NCBI GenBank assembly: GCA_023460575.1
Contig: JAEWPQ010000101.1
Span: 11 to 64,010 of the forward strand
DNA: 64,000 nt
From: Bacillota bacterium
GTDB lineage: Bacteria > Bacillota > Clostridia > Lachnospirales > Lachnospiraceae
Reading direction: 5' to 3'
A program made the translations under genes and the position numbers. Positions 20,513-31,014 of this stretch are shown here, piece by piece (positions within the stretch are counted from its first letter, which is position 1; each line of letters starts with the position of its first letter). The notes below the pieces were generated by a model. That model did no database searches, was not told the DNA's origin, and saw nothing but the letters and a program-made list of their open reading frames with translations.

Positions 20513-22345
20513 TTATTCGATTATTTCTAAAAATCTTTCTCCATATTTTTCATACTTAAAAGCGCCCACCCCGGATACCAGAAGCATCTCTTCCCGGCTT
20601 TTTGGTTTTTGTACCGACATATGTATCAGGGTTTTATCGGAAAATACGATGTAGGGCGGCACTTTCTCCTCTTTTGCTATTTTAAGACGAAGTGTTCTCA
20701 GCTTTTCAAACAGGATTTCATCTGCCTGGGAAAGATCCAGTGACGGCGAACTGCTCTTCTTAGTCTTCCGGCTTCCCTTGTCTTCCGAAACAGCCGCTTC
20801 CTCTTTTGCCATCTTCATCAATATGGTTTCTTCTTCCTTTAAAACAGCACCTGCCTTTTTCGTCAGCTTTACAATGGCATATTCATCATTGGTAACAGAC
20901 AAATATTCATTTAAAAGAAGATGATTCATCACCTGTCTCAGTTTATAGACAGGTACCTTTGACAAAACGGCGTAGTGAGGATTCTCATTCATCCGGTAAT
21001 TTCTGATCTTAGCCGTATTCGCTCCATGCAAAGTATCCATAATCACGCCTGCACCATACCTCTGCCTGCTGGTTTCTGCACACCCGATGATGGCTGCTGC
21101 AATATCTGTCACATCTGCTGTTTCAAACCCGGTTAAACAATTGGAACAGTTTCCGCAGTAATTTTCCTTATATTCTCCAAAATAGCGCAGAATATAATCC
21201 CTCAGACAGTCGTTTGTAAAACAGTAATAGGTCATTTTTTTCAGACGCTCTCTGTCCCGTTCTTCTACAAGCTTACGGGTTAATGGATCCAGCTCCTGAT
21301 TATCCTGATTGCTGTCAATAAACATCTGATTGGTGATTACATCCTGCCCGCCATAAAGAAGCAGGCATTCTCCCGGTTCCCCGTCTCTGGAACAACGCCC
21401 CACTTCCTGATAATAGGATTCTAAATTTTTCGGCATATTATAATGAATGACATAGCGGACATTGGACTTATCAATGCCCATTCCAAACGCATTGGTGGCC
21501 ACCATAATCAGACTTTTGTCATAAATGAAATCATCCTGATTCGTTCTTCGCTCTGCATCGCTTAACCCCGCATGATACCGGGTTGCAGAAAACCCCTCTT
21601 TATTTAATTTCCCACAGACTTCCTCTACCATCTTTCTGGTAAGACAATAGATGATTCCGCACTGTCCCGGATGTCTCTCCACGAAATTTTTCATCGTGGC
21701 ATACTTATCCTTTGGAGACTGCACACTTAAATACAGATTTGGCCTGTCATATCCGGTTGATACAACAGCCGGATCCTGCAGCATTAAAATGTCAATGATA
21801 TCCTCCCGGACCTCCTTTGTCGCCGTTGCCGTAAATGCGCTGATAACCGGACGCCTGGGAAGTCTTTCTATAAAGTCAACAATTTTTAAATAACTTGGTC
21901 TGAAATCCTGTCCCCACTGGGATACGCAATGAGCTTCGTCCACTGCAACCATGGAAATCCGGACGCTTAGGGAAAATTCCAAAAATTCTTCGGTCAATAG
22001 CCGTTCAGGTGCAACGTAAATTATGGGATAGCGCCCTTCCCGTGCATAAGCGAGGGCTTTTAAATACTGACTTGGGGACAAAGAACTGTTAAGATATGCG
22101 GCGTGAATGCCTGCCTGATTGAGTGAAGCGACCTGATCTTTCATCAGGGAAATCAAAGGGGAAATAACTAAAGTAATTCCTTCCGTCATAAGAGCCGGAA
22201 CCTGAAAGCAAAGAGATTTACCTGAACCAGTCGGCATAATCCCCAGGGCATCTCTCCCTGCCAGAATACTGTCAATCAGTATTTCCTGCCCTTCCCGGAA
22301 ACTATCGTAACCGAAATAGTGCCTGAGTACTTGATATTTATCCAT
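20513..22345 (-). CDS. recQ: ATP-dependent DNA helicase RecQ
   Basis: PTGSGKS, DEAHCVSQWGQDFRP, Zn-binding Cys cluster, RQC and HRDC domains. Confidence 0.95.
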   Translation of the reverse strand: MDKYQVLRHYFGYDSFREGQEILIDSILAGRDALGIMPTGSGKSLCFQVPALMTEGITLVISPLISLMKDQVASLNQAGIHAAYLNSSLSPSQYLKALAYAREGRYPIIYVAPERLLTEEFLEFSLSVRISMVAVDEAHCVSQWGQDFRPSYLKIVDFIERLPRRPVISAFTATATKEVREDIIDILMLQDPAVVSTGYDRPNLYLSVQSPKDKYATMKNFVERHPGQCGIIYCLTRKMVEEVCGKLNKEGFSATRYHAGLSDAERRTNQDDFIYDKSLIMVATNAFGMGIDKSNVRYVIHYNMPKNLESYYQEVGRCSRDGEPGECLLLYGGQDVITNQMFIDSNQDNQELDPLTRKLVEERDRERLKKMTYYCFTNDCLRDYILRYFGEYKENYCGNCSNCLTGFETADVTDIAAAIIGCAETSRQRYGAGVIMDTLHGANTAKIRNYRMNENPHYAVLSKVPVYKLRQVMNHLLLNEYLSVTNDEYAIVKLTKKAGAVLKEEETILMKMAKEEAAVSEDKGSRKTKKSSSPSLDLSQADEILFEKLRTLRLKIAKEEKVPPYIVFSDKTLIHMSVQKPKSREEMLLVSGVGAFKYEKYGERFLEIIE

Positions 22346-22462
22346 GTATCGTATGATTGTGCTCCTTTTCTTTTTTTCCATTGTACCAGATTTCTAGCGC
22401 GATGGCTAGCGTCGGTACAAGTTTTCCGATTGAAACTTAAATATTTAATAATTCTTCGTATA

Positions 22463-22610
22463 TTAAATCCATACACCAAACCTACCAAATATATCATCAA
22501 ATATTGGAAACTCCCATGTAATTTCTGGAACATCCACAAGCTTTGCTGCTAGACCTAATAATATACCGATTATTGCAGCAAAAATGATTGAATTACATTC
22601 TGTTTTTGGC
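22463..22610 (-). pseudogene. Truncated membrane-protein fragment in AT-rich patch
   Basis: Hydrophobic IIGILLGLAAKLVD...FGRFGVWI ends abruptly in a stop. Confidence 0.35.
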
Positions 22611-22817
22611 TTATTTTTTCTGAATCTACATTGCAAAATATACCTCCTTAAACTGTTCCATATTTTAATAAAGAAAGAAGCAGGGAAATTGCCTCCTCTG
22701 CTCCTTTCTTTCGTTGTTCTTCCCACCATTTTATAATGATTGAAATCACAGCTTTTCATACATCATTGGATTGTTTCAGATTTTTATAAATCAACACGGA
22801 ACTGTAAAAACTATATC

Positions 22818-23057
22818 TTACACGATCAGTGTCAGAGCTATGTAACCAAAACCGAAAATCAGAAAAAAGCCCCCTAAAACTTTAATCATCTTCTTTGATT
22901 TGGCTGCCGGGAAAATTTCGAGAAATTTCTCATATGGCATTAACATCAAAAACAATCCGATTACTATAAATGCTATAGCAGTAAAAATGTTATCTCCTCC
23001 CCTCCTGTTTTTATTTGAACTCATTATACTACAAAAGAATGCGTTTTTTTCGTTCAT
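22818..23057 (-). CDS. Small two-TM hypothetical membrane protein
   Basis: Two hydrophobic helices; true start uncertain. Confidence 0.4.
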   Translation of the reverse strand: MNEKNAFFCSIMSSNKNRRGGDNIFTAIAFIVIGLFLMLMPYEKFLEIFPAAKSKKMIKVLGGFFLIFGFGYIALTLIV

Positions 23058-23106
23058 GTAATATTTAGCACTCTACATGTAATTTTTGGTAAATTCAGAA
23101 GCTTTT

Positions 23107-23140
23107 TTCAGCCAGTTTCAGCCAGTTTTCAGCCAGTTTC
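23107..23140. repeat. Short tandem repeat (TT)TCAGCCAGTT x3
   Basis: ttcagccagtttcagccagttttcagccagtttc. Confidence 0.7.
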
Positions 23141-23179
23141 TATATTTTTTTTGCTGATTAGGGGAATTTAGGGGTGGTA

Positions 23180-25180
23180 TTATATTTTTCCAATCAACTC
23201 TTTCTGCTTTCCGTCACGAAGAAAAACAGGGATCTGATGGATTTTAGCTGTCTGATGAACGATCTGCCCTCCTTCATATTCCGTACCATCATAGATCAGG
23301 GTCCAGCCTGCTCCCTGCGGTAGATAAACATCCCTTTCATATGTATTCTCATACAGAATGGGAGCTACCAGTATATCGGAACCGAGCATATACTGGCCGG
23401 TTAAATCCCAGCATCTCACATCCCGTGGAAATTCATAGAACATGGTGCGCATGACAGGTTTGCCGGATTCATGGGCTTCGTTCATTAATGTTCTTAAATA
23501 GGGCCGCATCGCCTCTCTGAAATGAATGAATTTTTCTAAGATGGGCGTGTTTTCATCTCCAAAGCTCCATATCTCATTGCCAGCCCCGGTTGGCATTGAC
23601 GGTGTTCCATCTGCATGATTAACCGGCTTTGACGGTGAGCGGTCTCCATGAAGGCGCATAACCGGGCAGAACGTCCCCCATTGGAACCAGCGGACGAACA
23701 GCTGCTTAAATAAAGGATCTGCGGGATCTCCTCCCATGAACCCTCCGATGTCAGTCGTCCACCAGGGGATCCCTGCAATTCCCATATTTAACCCTGCACA
23801 TACCTGTTCTCTTAATGTCTTCCAATCGCTGTGAATATCGCCGGACCATACCAGTGCGCCGTAACGCTGACTGCCTGCCCAGGCACAACGCAGCAGGTTA
23901 ACCGCAGTATCCATGCCGGCAGCGATCTGACCATCATAGAAGGTTTTTGCATAAAGCTGTGGATAGATGTTACCGACCTGGTTAACCGGTCCCATATAGT
24001 AACGGTAATTATCATACTCATAGGTGGAAAATTCCGGTTCCGCCTCGTCAAGCCAGAAGGTTTTAATCCCATAGTCATAATAATTCTTCCTGCATAAATT
24101 CCAGACATAATCTCTTGCTTTTGGATTCGTCGCATCAAAGAACGCGTTCTCTCCCTGGAAGCGCATTGCTATGGGAACTCCCCTCTCTGATTTTACAAGC
24201 AGACCTTTCTGCTTCATTTCCTCATAATTTTCACTGGTTAAATTCACCTGGGGCCAGACGGAAACCATCAGCTCCATCCCATATTTATTCAGCTCCTCAA
24301 CCATGGCTTTGGGATCCGGAAAATCATTTTCATCAAAACGGTAGTCACCGCATTTGGGCCAGTGGTAGAAATCAATTACGATCACGTCTACCGGAATTCC
24401 TCTTTTATGGTATTCTCTGGCAACGTTTAACAGCTCTTCCTGATTCCAGTATCTTAACTTACACTGCCAGAATCCCAGACCATGTTCCGGCATTTCAGGA
24501 GGTGTTCCGGTGGCTTTTGCATAAGCTCCCACGATTTCTTCCGGAGTATCTCCTGCCGTGATCCAATAATCCATCTGTTTCGTGCTCTGCGCATACCACT
24601 GGGTAATATTTTTCCCAAAGGAAGCTGTTCCGACTGCAGGATTATGCCAGAAAAAGCCATACCCCTTATCCGACAGTACAAACGGAACGGAGGCCTGGGA
24701 GTTTCTGTGAGCAAGCTCTAAAATGCAGTTTTTAATATTTAAAACTTCCTGCTGATACTGTCCCATGCCGTACAGCCGTTCCGACTGGTCTGAGGCAAAT
24801 GTGACCGTCAGCTCATAGTCTCCTCCCAGCCTGGGTTTAAAATCCCTTGTCTTTTTATTAAGGGCTCCACCGGCTCTTTCTTCCTCCAGCAGCAGTTCCC
24901 CTTTTTGGTTAAAAAAGCTCACCCGGCATCTTTTCTGCCAGTCATCCACAGATAAAACTGCGGTGATTAATCCGTTGGTGATTAATCCGTTAAACTCATC
25001 TTTTATAATGATCTTAGCTGGCTTAAACGGCGCGGGAAGAAGTGCGTAATCCGTATCTTTGATATCCCCCATCATAACAGCCCTCACCCGCAGGGAATTT
25101 TCGCCCCATGGTTCAATACGGAGGGTTTCCCCGTCATTTTCAAAAATAATAGCTTCCTGGTCCTCTCTGATATAATTCAT
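23180..25180 (-). CDS. Glycoside hydrolase family 31 (alpha-xylosidase/glucosidase)
   Basis: FWLDEAEP nucleophile, WSGDI acid/base, TTDIGGF, RWFQWG..P.MRLHG. Confidence 0.92.
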   Translation of the reverse strand: MNYIREDQEAIIFENDGETLRIEPWGENSLRVRAVMMGDIKDTDYALLPAPFKPAKIIIKDEFNGLITNGLITAVLSVDDWQKRCRVSFFNQKGELLLEEERAGGALNKKTRDFKPRLGGDYELTVTFASDQSERLYGMGQYQQEVLNIKNCILELAHRNSQASVPFVLSDKGYGFFWHNPAVGTASFGKNITQWYAQSTKQMDYWITAGDTPEEIVGAYAKATGTPPEMPEHGLGFWQCKLRYWNQEELLNVAREYHKRGIPVDVIVIDFYHWPKCGDYRFDENDFPDPKAMVEELNKYGMELMVSVWPQVNLTSENYEEMKQKGLLVKSERGVPIAMRFQGENAFFDATNPKARDYVWNLCRKNYYDYGIKTFWLDEAEPEFSTYEYDNYRYYMGPVNQVGNIYPQLYAKTFYDGQIAAGMDTAVNLLRCAWAGSQRYGALVWSGDIHSDWKTLREQVCAGLNMGIAGIPWWTTDIGGFMGGDPADPLFKQLFVRWFQWGTFCPVMRLHGDRSPSKPVNHADGTPSMPTGAGNEIWSFGDENTPILEKFIHFREAMRPYLRTLMNEAHESGKPVMRTMFYEFPRDVRCWDLTGQYMLGSDILVAPILYENTYERDVYLPQGAGWTLIYDGTEYEGGQIVHQTAKIHQIPVFLRDGKQKELIGKI

Positions 25181-25305
25181 GCCTTGTTATACCCCTTTCT
25201 TTTGAACTCATGCTATTATTTTATTTTAGTTGTATGCACATAAAGTTACCCTGCTTTTCTTGACCTCTTTTATTAAAAAAATAACTTTATGGGGACAGAG
25301 CCTGA

Positions 25306-26280
25306 TTACGAATTGACTTGGCTCCGGTATTTTGTAGGAATCATATGATAATGCTTTTTAAAGCTGACTGTAAAGTAATTGGAATTGGAAAAACCGGTGC
25401 GCAGTGCGATCTCTTCCATAGCCAGATGAGTGGTACGCACCAGATTTTCAGCTTCCCGCAGCCTTATATTGGTCAGGTATTCATGAAAAGTCATGTGAAA
25501 TGCTTGTTTAAAGTAGCGGCAAAAATACCCCTTGCTCATGGAAGCGTACTTTGCTGCATCACTAAGCTCGATTCTGTTGGTGTAATTTTCTGTTATGTAA
25601 TGATTGATGTCTTTCATGAACAAGCCGATTCCTCCATCGGCCTTATCCTGGGTCTGTGATAGTTTCCCGTTTTTTACCACTTCATAAAAGAATTCCAGTA
25701 TTCTGGCTTTTAGAAGCAGTTCAAATCCCTTTCCCCCATTTTCATAAATACCGTATGCATCATTCAAAAGATGATAAAGTCTCTCACATTCCTGCTGCCC
25801 AGATGACAGAAAGATATAAGGTCCGGTTGTTACAGAAAACAGGGGATCAATGTAGTTCTGCCTGATAACATCATTCTCCATACTCCCCACAAACTCGTAG
25901 CGAAATAAGACGGTCCGGTAAATAAGGTCTTCTTTTAAGCAGTCGTTGGAGCCGTGAATTCTGTCTGGCCGGATTAACAGAATATCTCCCTTACTGACCT
26001 GAATCTCTTCATTTTCTATGCTGATTCTGGCTGTTCCTTTGCATACCCAGAACAGTTCCAGTTCCCTGTGACAGTGAAAATATAAGGGGGATTCCTGTCC
26101 CAGCCCCACCAGACCTCCGAAATTCTCTCCATTCATAAAAAAGGTGTGAAAAGTCTTTCCTTCTCTCAGTCTTATGTCTGTTTCATGGGTGCTGAAAGGG
26201 AAAAATGCGTTTCCGTGCTGGATTGGTTCTTTAAATTTTGATCTTCTTGCTGATTCCATGGGTTCCATCTGGCTTATCAC
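25306..26280 (-). CDS. AraC-family transcriptional regulator
   Basis: Cupin H.H.E.E motif and C-terminal double HTH (GFSNSNYF...FKK). Confidence 0.92.
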   Translation of the reverse strand: MISQMEPMESARRSKFKEPIQHGNAFFPFSTHETDIRLREGKTFHTFFMNGENFGGLVGLGQESPLYFHCHRELELFWVCKGTARISIENEEIQVSKGDILLIRPDRIHGSNDCLKEDLIYRTVLFRYEFVGSMENDVIRQNYIDPLFSVTTGPYIFLSSGQQECERLYHLLNDAYGIYENGGKGFELLLKARILEFFYEVVKNGKLSQTQDKADGGIGLFMKDINHYITENYTNRIELSDAAKYASMSKGYFCRYFKQAFHMTFHEYLTNIRLREAENLVRTTHLAMEEIALRTGFSNSNYFTVSFKKHYHMIPTKYRSQVNS

Positions 26281-26352
26281 ACCCTTTCCTGTTTTATAAA
26301 TTCTTCAATCGATTTGTCAGTTTTAAAAATTATAACATAACTATGTGTAGAA

Positions 26353-29121
26353 TTACCAGATTCCTCCGCGGATCTTATAGGTATTATAAAAGGTTTTATC
26401 ATCCGGATATTCCACTGTTGTGACTAAATTTCCCGTACCATCATCTTCCACCAGTACCGTAACCGTTATTGTTTTGCTGTCATAGTTCATATACCGTATG
26501 GGGTCGGAAGGTTTTATTTCCCGGATCTGATAAGTATGTTCACCCGGTTCATCATAGGATTCCATAAAGCTGACGGTGCCATCTGCCTTGTTTTCAGTTT
26601 TTTGTACATCACCGGTCTCCATATCCTTAAGTTCAAATTCAAACAGTCCGGCCGTGAGCTGCATTCCGGTCAGAACCTTTTTCACTTCAATGGTTGCCGA
26701 TTCCGCCTGATAAGTAAAACTATTCTTAAATAACTGATCGGGCCAATAGGAAACTTCTGCCTTCAGCCTGCCGCCGCTGTCTGTCACCAGAACCTTTGCC
26801 GTGATGGTTTTTAAATCATATGTAATATTCGGATCGGCAGGAATGGGAACAGACTCCCGGATCAGATACGTGTAGGTTCCTTCTTTTGTAAACGTCAGCG
26901 GGGAGAAACTGATTTTTCCAGATCCATCATTGGGCACCGTCTCCACTCCCTCATTGTTTCCGTTAAGAAGACGGAACTGGAACATTCCTTTCTTCAGGGT
27001 TCGTCCCAAAAGCTTTTTTTGAGCATTCAGGCTGACAGATACCGGCTGCGGCTCATATTGGTTGACAAAGGAAACAACCGCCGGATAACGGACCTGGGTT
27101 TTCAGTTCATCCCCGGATCTCGTAGCCTCTACCTCTATCTGTATCGTCTTCGTATCGTATACCATGCCCGGTATTTTCTCCTGTGGAATGATCTCTTTTA
27201 CATGGAAGAGAAAAATCCCCGGTTTACTAAAATTTACTTCCGGAAACGTAATATTGCCTTCTGCATCATTAAAAGCTGTTGCCACAGGAATTTCTTTCCC
27301 ATCCAAAACCCTGCTGATCTCAAACTGGAAACTGTCGGCTTCCAGTGTCTTTCCAGTCAGAATCTTTTTTAAACGGATTTCAGCCTGTACAGCATCCGGT
27401 TCAACAACCTGGACCACCGGCTTATTGTAACTATACTCAGCCGTACCGCTTTTGCCGTATGAATACGTAAGACCAGCCTCTGAATTGGAGTAAAATCCGG
27501 GCATTCCCGAACTGGTACTGTTGCCTTCATAATCCGTGCCGGAATCTCCTGTATGGGGATAACTTTGGTTTGAATCATAATAATCAAGAGCTTCGCCGGA
27601 GGCACGTACATTAAATGACACCACATAATGGCTGGCCGGCAATGTAGCGCTTAACAGCTTTATATTAATCCCAGCATTTTCAAATCCAGCCGTATAATCG
27701 CTGCCGACTGACAGATATTCCGGCTGTGCGCTGCCAGTCTGACGCATCACCTTTAGGTCTCCCATATAATCAACGTACTCAGAAAGCCGGTCATTGATTG
27801 TTACATCGTAAAATGAATTGCTGATCTGAGACAAGAACCGGTTAAATGCATTGTCAATTTGTTCTGCGCTGGCAGCCTGAACCATGTATTTTTCAATATT
27901 GGTATTTACCATCTGTGTAATGGTCTGCAGCGTTGATGCACCTCCGGTACTGCTCCCCATAAAAATAGAATAAAACCGGTCAACTCCCTGCATCTGTCTG
28001 GCCGCATCAGCAGCATAAACAGTTCCCACCTCTGTATAAACGGAGTAGCCGAGTGCCTGTGCAGCAGGAGTTGCCGCCGTAGGCTGCCCGTCGGTAATGA
28101 AAAACACCACCTGCTCGGCTCCCGGTGAGGACAGCCCCCCGATCAGTTCAGACGCCTGATTCATGGACTGGTAATAATTAGTACCGCCTTGCGCCCCTCC
28201 CGGAAGTGCCAGGGAATTTATAGTCTGAAGCAAACTGTCCCTGTCTGTGCTTCCTGAAACGACAAGACTTGAATTTGTTCCGAAGGTGATGATGGAAAAG
28301 CGGTTATCCGGATTTTCTGCAAGAACCGATACCGCATTGTATACCGTCTGTTTCATGACCTGGAACCTGGATGCGCCTCCCATTGATTCTTCCATGGAAT
28401 TGCTGACATCCAATACAAAAATAATATCCGATTTCCTGGCCTCCTCTTCCCTGCTGGTAGTTAAGTCCAGATAAATCCGGTAATCATTCACACCATGGGC
28501 ATCCGTATCCGGATTTCCGGCACCGTCGCCCAGATAATCAATCACTTTCTTATGTTCCGGCTCCGGCGCCTCTTCTGGCGGAACCTCATCGATGTCCGGA
28601 TTATATCTAAAATGCAGGGTAACTTTGACTTCGGCAGCATTCCCCCCGATGGAAACCCAGTTATAGGCCTGGGTTACAAATGGATTGGAAGCGTTTCCGG
28701 TTCCGTTATAGGTATAGGCGCTTACGTTTTTGCCGTATTCTACGGAAACAAGGCTCAAATGAGAATCGGTATAACCGTTTGCCCCGAACCAGACCGTATT
28801 GCAGTTTGTGCCTGAAGATTTTGCTGGGAACTTTACGGTTGATGTGAAGCCGTTTTTCACAGTTACTACTCCTGTTTCATATCCGGATGGATAATAAGCC
28901 GGATAGTTACTGGTTTTTGACATCTGATATATCCGTTTTGCATCATATTTCGAATTTATCTGTCCGGCCTGCTGCGGATAATCAGACGAATTATCAATAA
29001 CGGTAGTTACATAAATCGTCAAGGGCTGGACAGAAGCTGCCAGTACATTTGCAGGATAAAGAAACAGCCCAAAAAGTGCCAGCAGCATGACCGGCAGCCC
29101 TTTTCTTATTATTTTAAACAT
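26353..29121 (-). CDS. Secreted vWA-domain adhesin with three Spy0128/FctA-like pilin repeats
   Basis: Signal peptide, MIDAS DVSNSM, GGTN, TDG; three K(K)L.G..L....F.F...N..G.I.F...Y.I.E....YD...F.N.Y repeats; no LPXTG. Confidence 0.8.
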   Translation of the reverse strand: MFKIIRKGLPVMLLALFGLFLYPANVLAASVQPLTIYVTTVIDNSSDYPQQAGQINSKYDAKRIYQMSKTSNYPAYYPSGYETGVVTVKNGFTSTVKFPAKSSGTNCNTVWFGANGYTDSHLSLVSVEYGKNVSAYTYNGTGNASNPFVTQAYNWVSIGGNAAEVKVTLHFRYNPDIDEVPPEEAPEPEHKKVIDYLGDGAGNPDTDAHGVNDYRIYLDLTTSREEEARKSDIIFVLDVSNSMEESMGGASRFQVMKQTVYNAVSVLAENPDNRFSIITFGTNSSLVVSGSTDRDSLLQTINSLALPGGAQGGTNYYQSMNQASELIGGLSSPGAEQVVFFITDGQPTAATPAAQALGYSVYTEVGTVYAADAARQMQGVDRFYSIFMGSSTGGASTLQTITQMVNTNIEKYMVQAASAEQIDNAFNRFLSQISNSFYDVTINDRLSEYVDYMGDLKVMRQTGSAQPEYLSVGSDYTAGFENAGINIKLLSATLPASHYVVSFNVRASGEALDYYDSNQSYPHTGDSGTDYEGNSTSSGMPGFYSNSEAGLTYSYGKSGTAEYSYNKPVVQVVEPDAVQAEIRLKKILTGKTLEADSFQFEISRVLDGKEIPVATAFNDAEGNITFPEVNFSKPGIFLFHVKEIIPQEKIPGMVYDTKTIQIEVEATRSGDELKTQVRYPAVVSFVNQYEPQPVSVSLNAQKKLLGRTLKKGMFQFRLLNGNNEGVETVPNDGSGKISFSPLTFTKEGTYTYLIRESVPIPADPNITYDLKTITAKVLVTDSGGRLKAEVSYWPDQLFKNSFTYQAESATIEVKKVLTGMQLTAGLFEFELKDMETGDVQKTENKADGTVSFMESYDEPGEHTYQIREIKPSDPIRYMNYDSKTITVTVLVEDDGTGNLVTTVEYPDDKTFYNTYKIRGGIW

Positions 29122-29151
29122 TGCTTTTACCTCCACACACGACTTTTCCGG

Positions 29152-30390
29152 CTAATCCTTCAGCTTTTTGATCCAATCTGTCAAAAAGCCTTCCGGATCC
29201 GTTACTTCGCCTGAAAATATAAGATCCAATTTCTCCGCACATAACGTTCTCTCTTCCTGAGACATGGTCTGAAAAAATGGGAAATACACTTCCTTTTTTT
29301 CGCTTACCAGTTCGTAGGCCTGCCTGATTTCCTTATCATCCGGCTTTAAGCCTCTTACAGCCGGAAGCATCCCAAACTCTGCTGAAAATGCCAACTGGTT
29401 TTCCCGGGTAAGAAAATAGGAAAGAAAATTCTTTGCTTCCTTTACCGATTTCCCCTTTTTTGAAGCCCCGAACATATGATTTGCCTTCCAGACTCCTGCT
29501 TTTGTATAATCCTCTCCCGGCAGTATGAACCACCCAAAAGAAGATGACATGCTGTTTAACGCAGCAATGTCCTCTGTGGTCCCGCAGATCATGGCGTATT
29601 TGTTCTGTGCAAAATTTTCTAACAGAGCCTGATGCCCTTTCACACAGAGTCCCTTATCCAGGGACAATTCCATAGCGAGTCCAAGCAGGTCATAATAGCC
29701 GGTATTTTTATCCAGTAGCTTTTTAAAGTCCTGTTTCTCTGCCTTTTTGCCATTAAGGCTCTTTCCGTTAGCCAGAATCCCGGCCGCAAAATCAAATGAA
29801 TCAAACCTCCCCTCCTCTGTCAGCGACATGGCAAACGGCTGGCAGGAAGATTGTTTTAAAATGGCACAGTTTGTCACAAAATCCGAAAGTGTTTCAGGAA
29901 TAACAAGCTGATTCTGTTCATAAATATCTTTATTGTAAAAAATCACCGGAAGACTGCCGGCTGCAGGAAGGGCATAAGCCTTCTCTTTTCCTGGTTTGTT
30001 TATAAGAAATTCCTCTTCACTGCCTGCAGGGATGAGATCTGCATAGGTCAGCGCCTCAAGCTTCCTGCTGTCTATAAACTCAGCCAGGCTTTCAGGCGGA
30101 ATGGCAAAAACATCTGCAGTTTCCCCTTCAGAAGCAGCTTTTAACCACTCCTTCGTATAGGTTTCATAGGGAACCAGCCTGATATTTATTTTTACTCCAT
30201 CATGCTCCTTCACATAATCCGCTGCGATTTTCTCATAAAAATCTTCATGCCCAGTGTCCCAATGCCAAAATGTAAGTGTGCACTCCCTGACTGGATTCTT
30301 TTTAGAAATAAAACCATTCTTTTTGCAGGCAGTGAGAATACAAGCCGCTGCAAGCAGAAAAACGGCCGCTGAAAAAACCTTCTTTTGCAT
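29152..30390 (-). CDS. Extracellular solute-binding lipoprotein (ABC sugar-type)
   Basis: Lipobox LTAC, TLTFWHW, IFYNKD motifs. Confidence 0.8.
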   Translation of the reverse strand: MQKKVFSAAVFLLAAACILTACKKNGFISKKNPVRECTLTFWHWDTGHEDFYEKIAADYVKEHDGVKINIRLVPYETYTKEWLKAASEGETADVFAIPPESLAEFIDSRKLEALTYADLIPAGSEEEFLINKPGKEKAYALPAAGSLPVIFYNKDIYEQNQLVIPETLSDFVTNCAILKQSSCQPFAMSLTEEGRFDSFDFAAGILANGKSLNGKKAEKQDFKKLLDKNTGYYDLLGLAMELSLDKGLCVKGHQALLENFAQNKYAMICGTTEDIAALNSMSSSFGWFILPGEDYTKAGVWKANHMFGASKKGKSVKEAKNFLSYFLTRENQLAFSAEFGMLPAVRGLKPDDKEIRQAYELVSEKKEVYFPFFQTMSQEERTLCAEKLDLIFSGEVTDPEGFLTDWIKKLKD

Positions 30391-30415
30391 TTTAAGTTAC
30401 CTCATATTTTATCCG

Positions 30416-30985
30416 TTACCAGTCAGCCGGCATATCCCCGCTGTCATAATCACAGCTTCCGTCAGGCTGGCTGGTATAAGAACCATTGTAGCTGGAAACC
30501 GGTAAAGCAGGGTGCCATATGACATCCGAAATCCCTTCTCCGTATGTTTCCCCTCCGTCAAAATAAACGGTAATGGTAGTCGTATCAGCTCCGAAAATCT
30601 TCAAAAATGTATAAGAATATTCTTCGCTGAGCTGTGTCCGTATTTTGTAATACCGGTAATTGCTTTCCGGCGCTTCTTCTTTAAAATAAACCTTCACCGT
30701 TCCATCAAAATGATTCCTTCTTATGGCATCTTCAATCATGGTAAAGCTGTCCTTCCCCGGATTATCGGAATACCTTATTGAATCTTGGAACGTAAATCTG
30801 TCTTCTTTCACAAGCTGGCATAGATTCATCAGTGCATTGCGCTTTAAATAAATGAGCCCCAGATCCATCGATATCCCGATAAAAAAAATCAGGACAGTCA
30901 GGCTGCCGGCGAAAAGCAGCAGAATATTTCCATCTTCCCTGCCAAAACAGGCAAACTTCTTTTTCCACCTGGTTTTACATTTCAT
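30416..30985 (-). CDS. TadG-like pseudopilin (Tad N-terminal domain)
   Basis: EDG|NILLLFA...GISMDLG type IV-like leader. Confidence 0.7.
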   Translation of the reverse strand: MKCKTRWKKKFACFGREDGNILLLFAGSLTVLIFFIGISMDLGLIYLKRNALMNLCQLVKEDRFTFQDSIRYSDNPGKDSFTMIEDAIRRNHFDGTVKVYFKEEAPESNYRYYKIRTQLSEEYSYTFLKIFGADTTTITVYFDGGETYGEGISDVIWHPALPVSSYNGSYTSQPDGSCDYDSGDMPADW

Positions 30986-31014
30986 GCTTTCCTCCCTTTT
31001 TTTGTTACCCAAAA

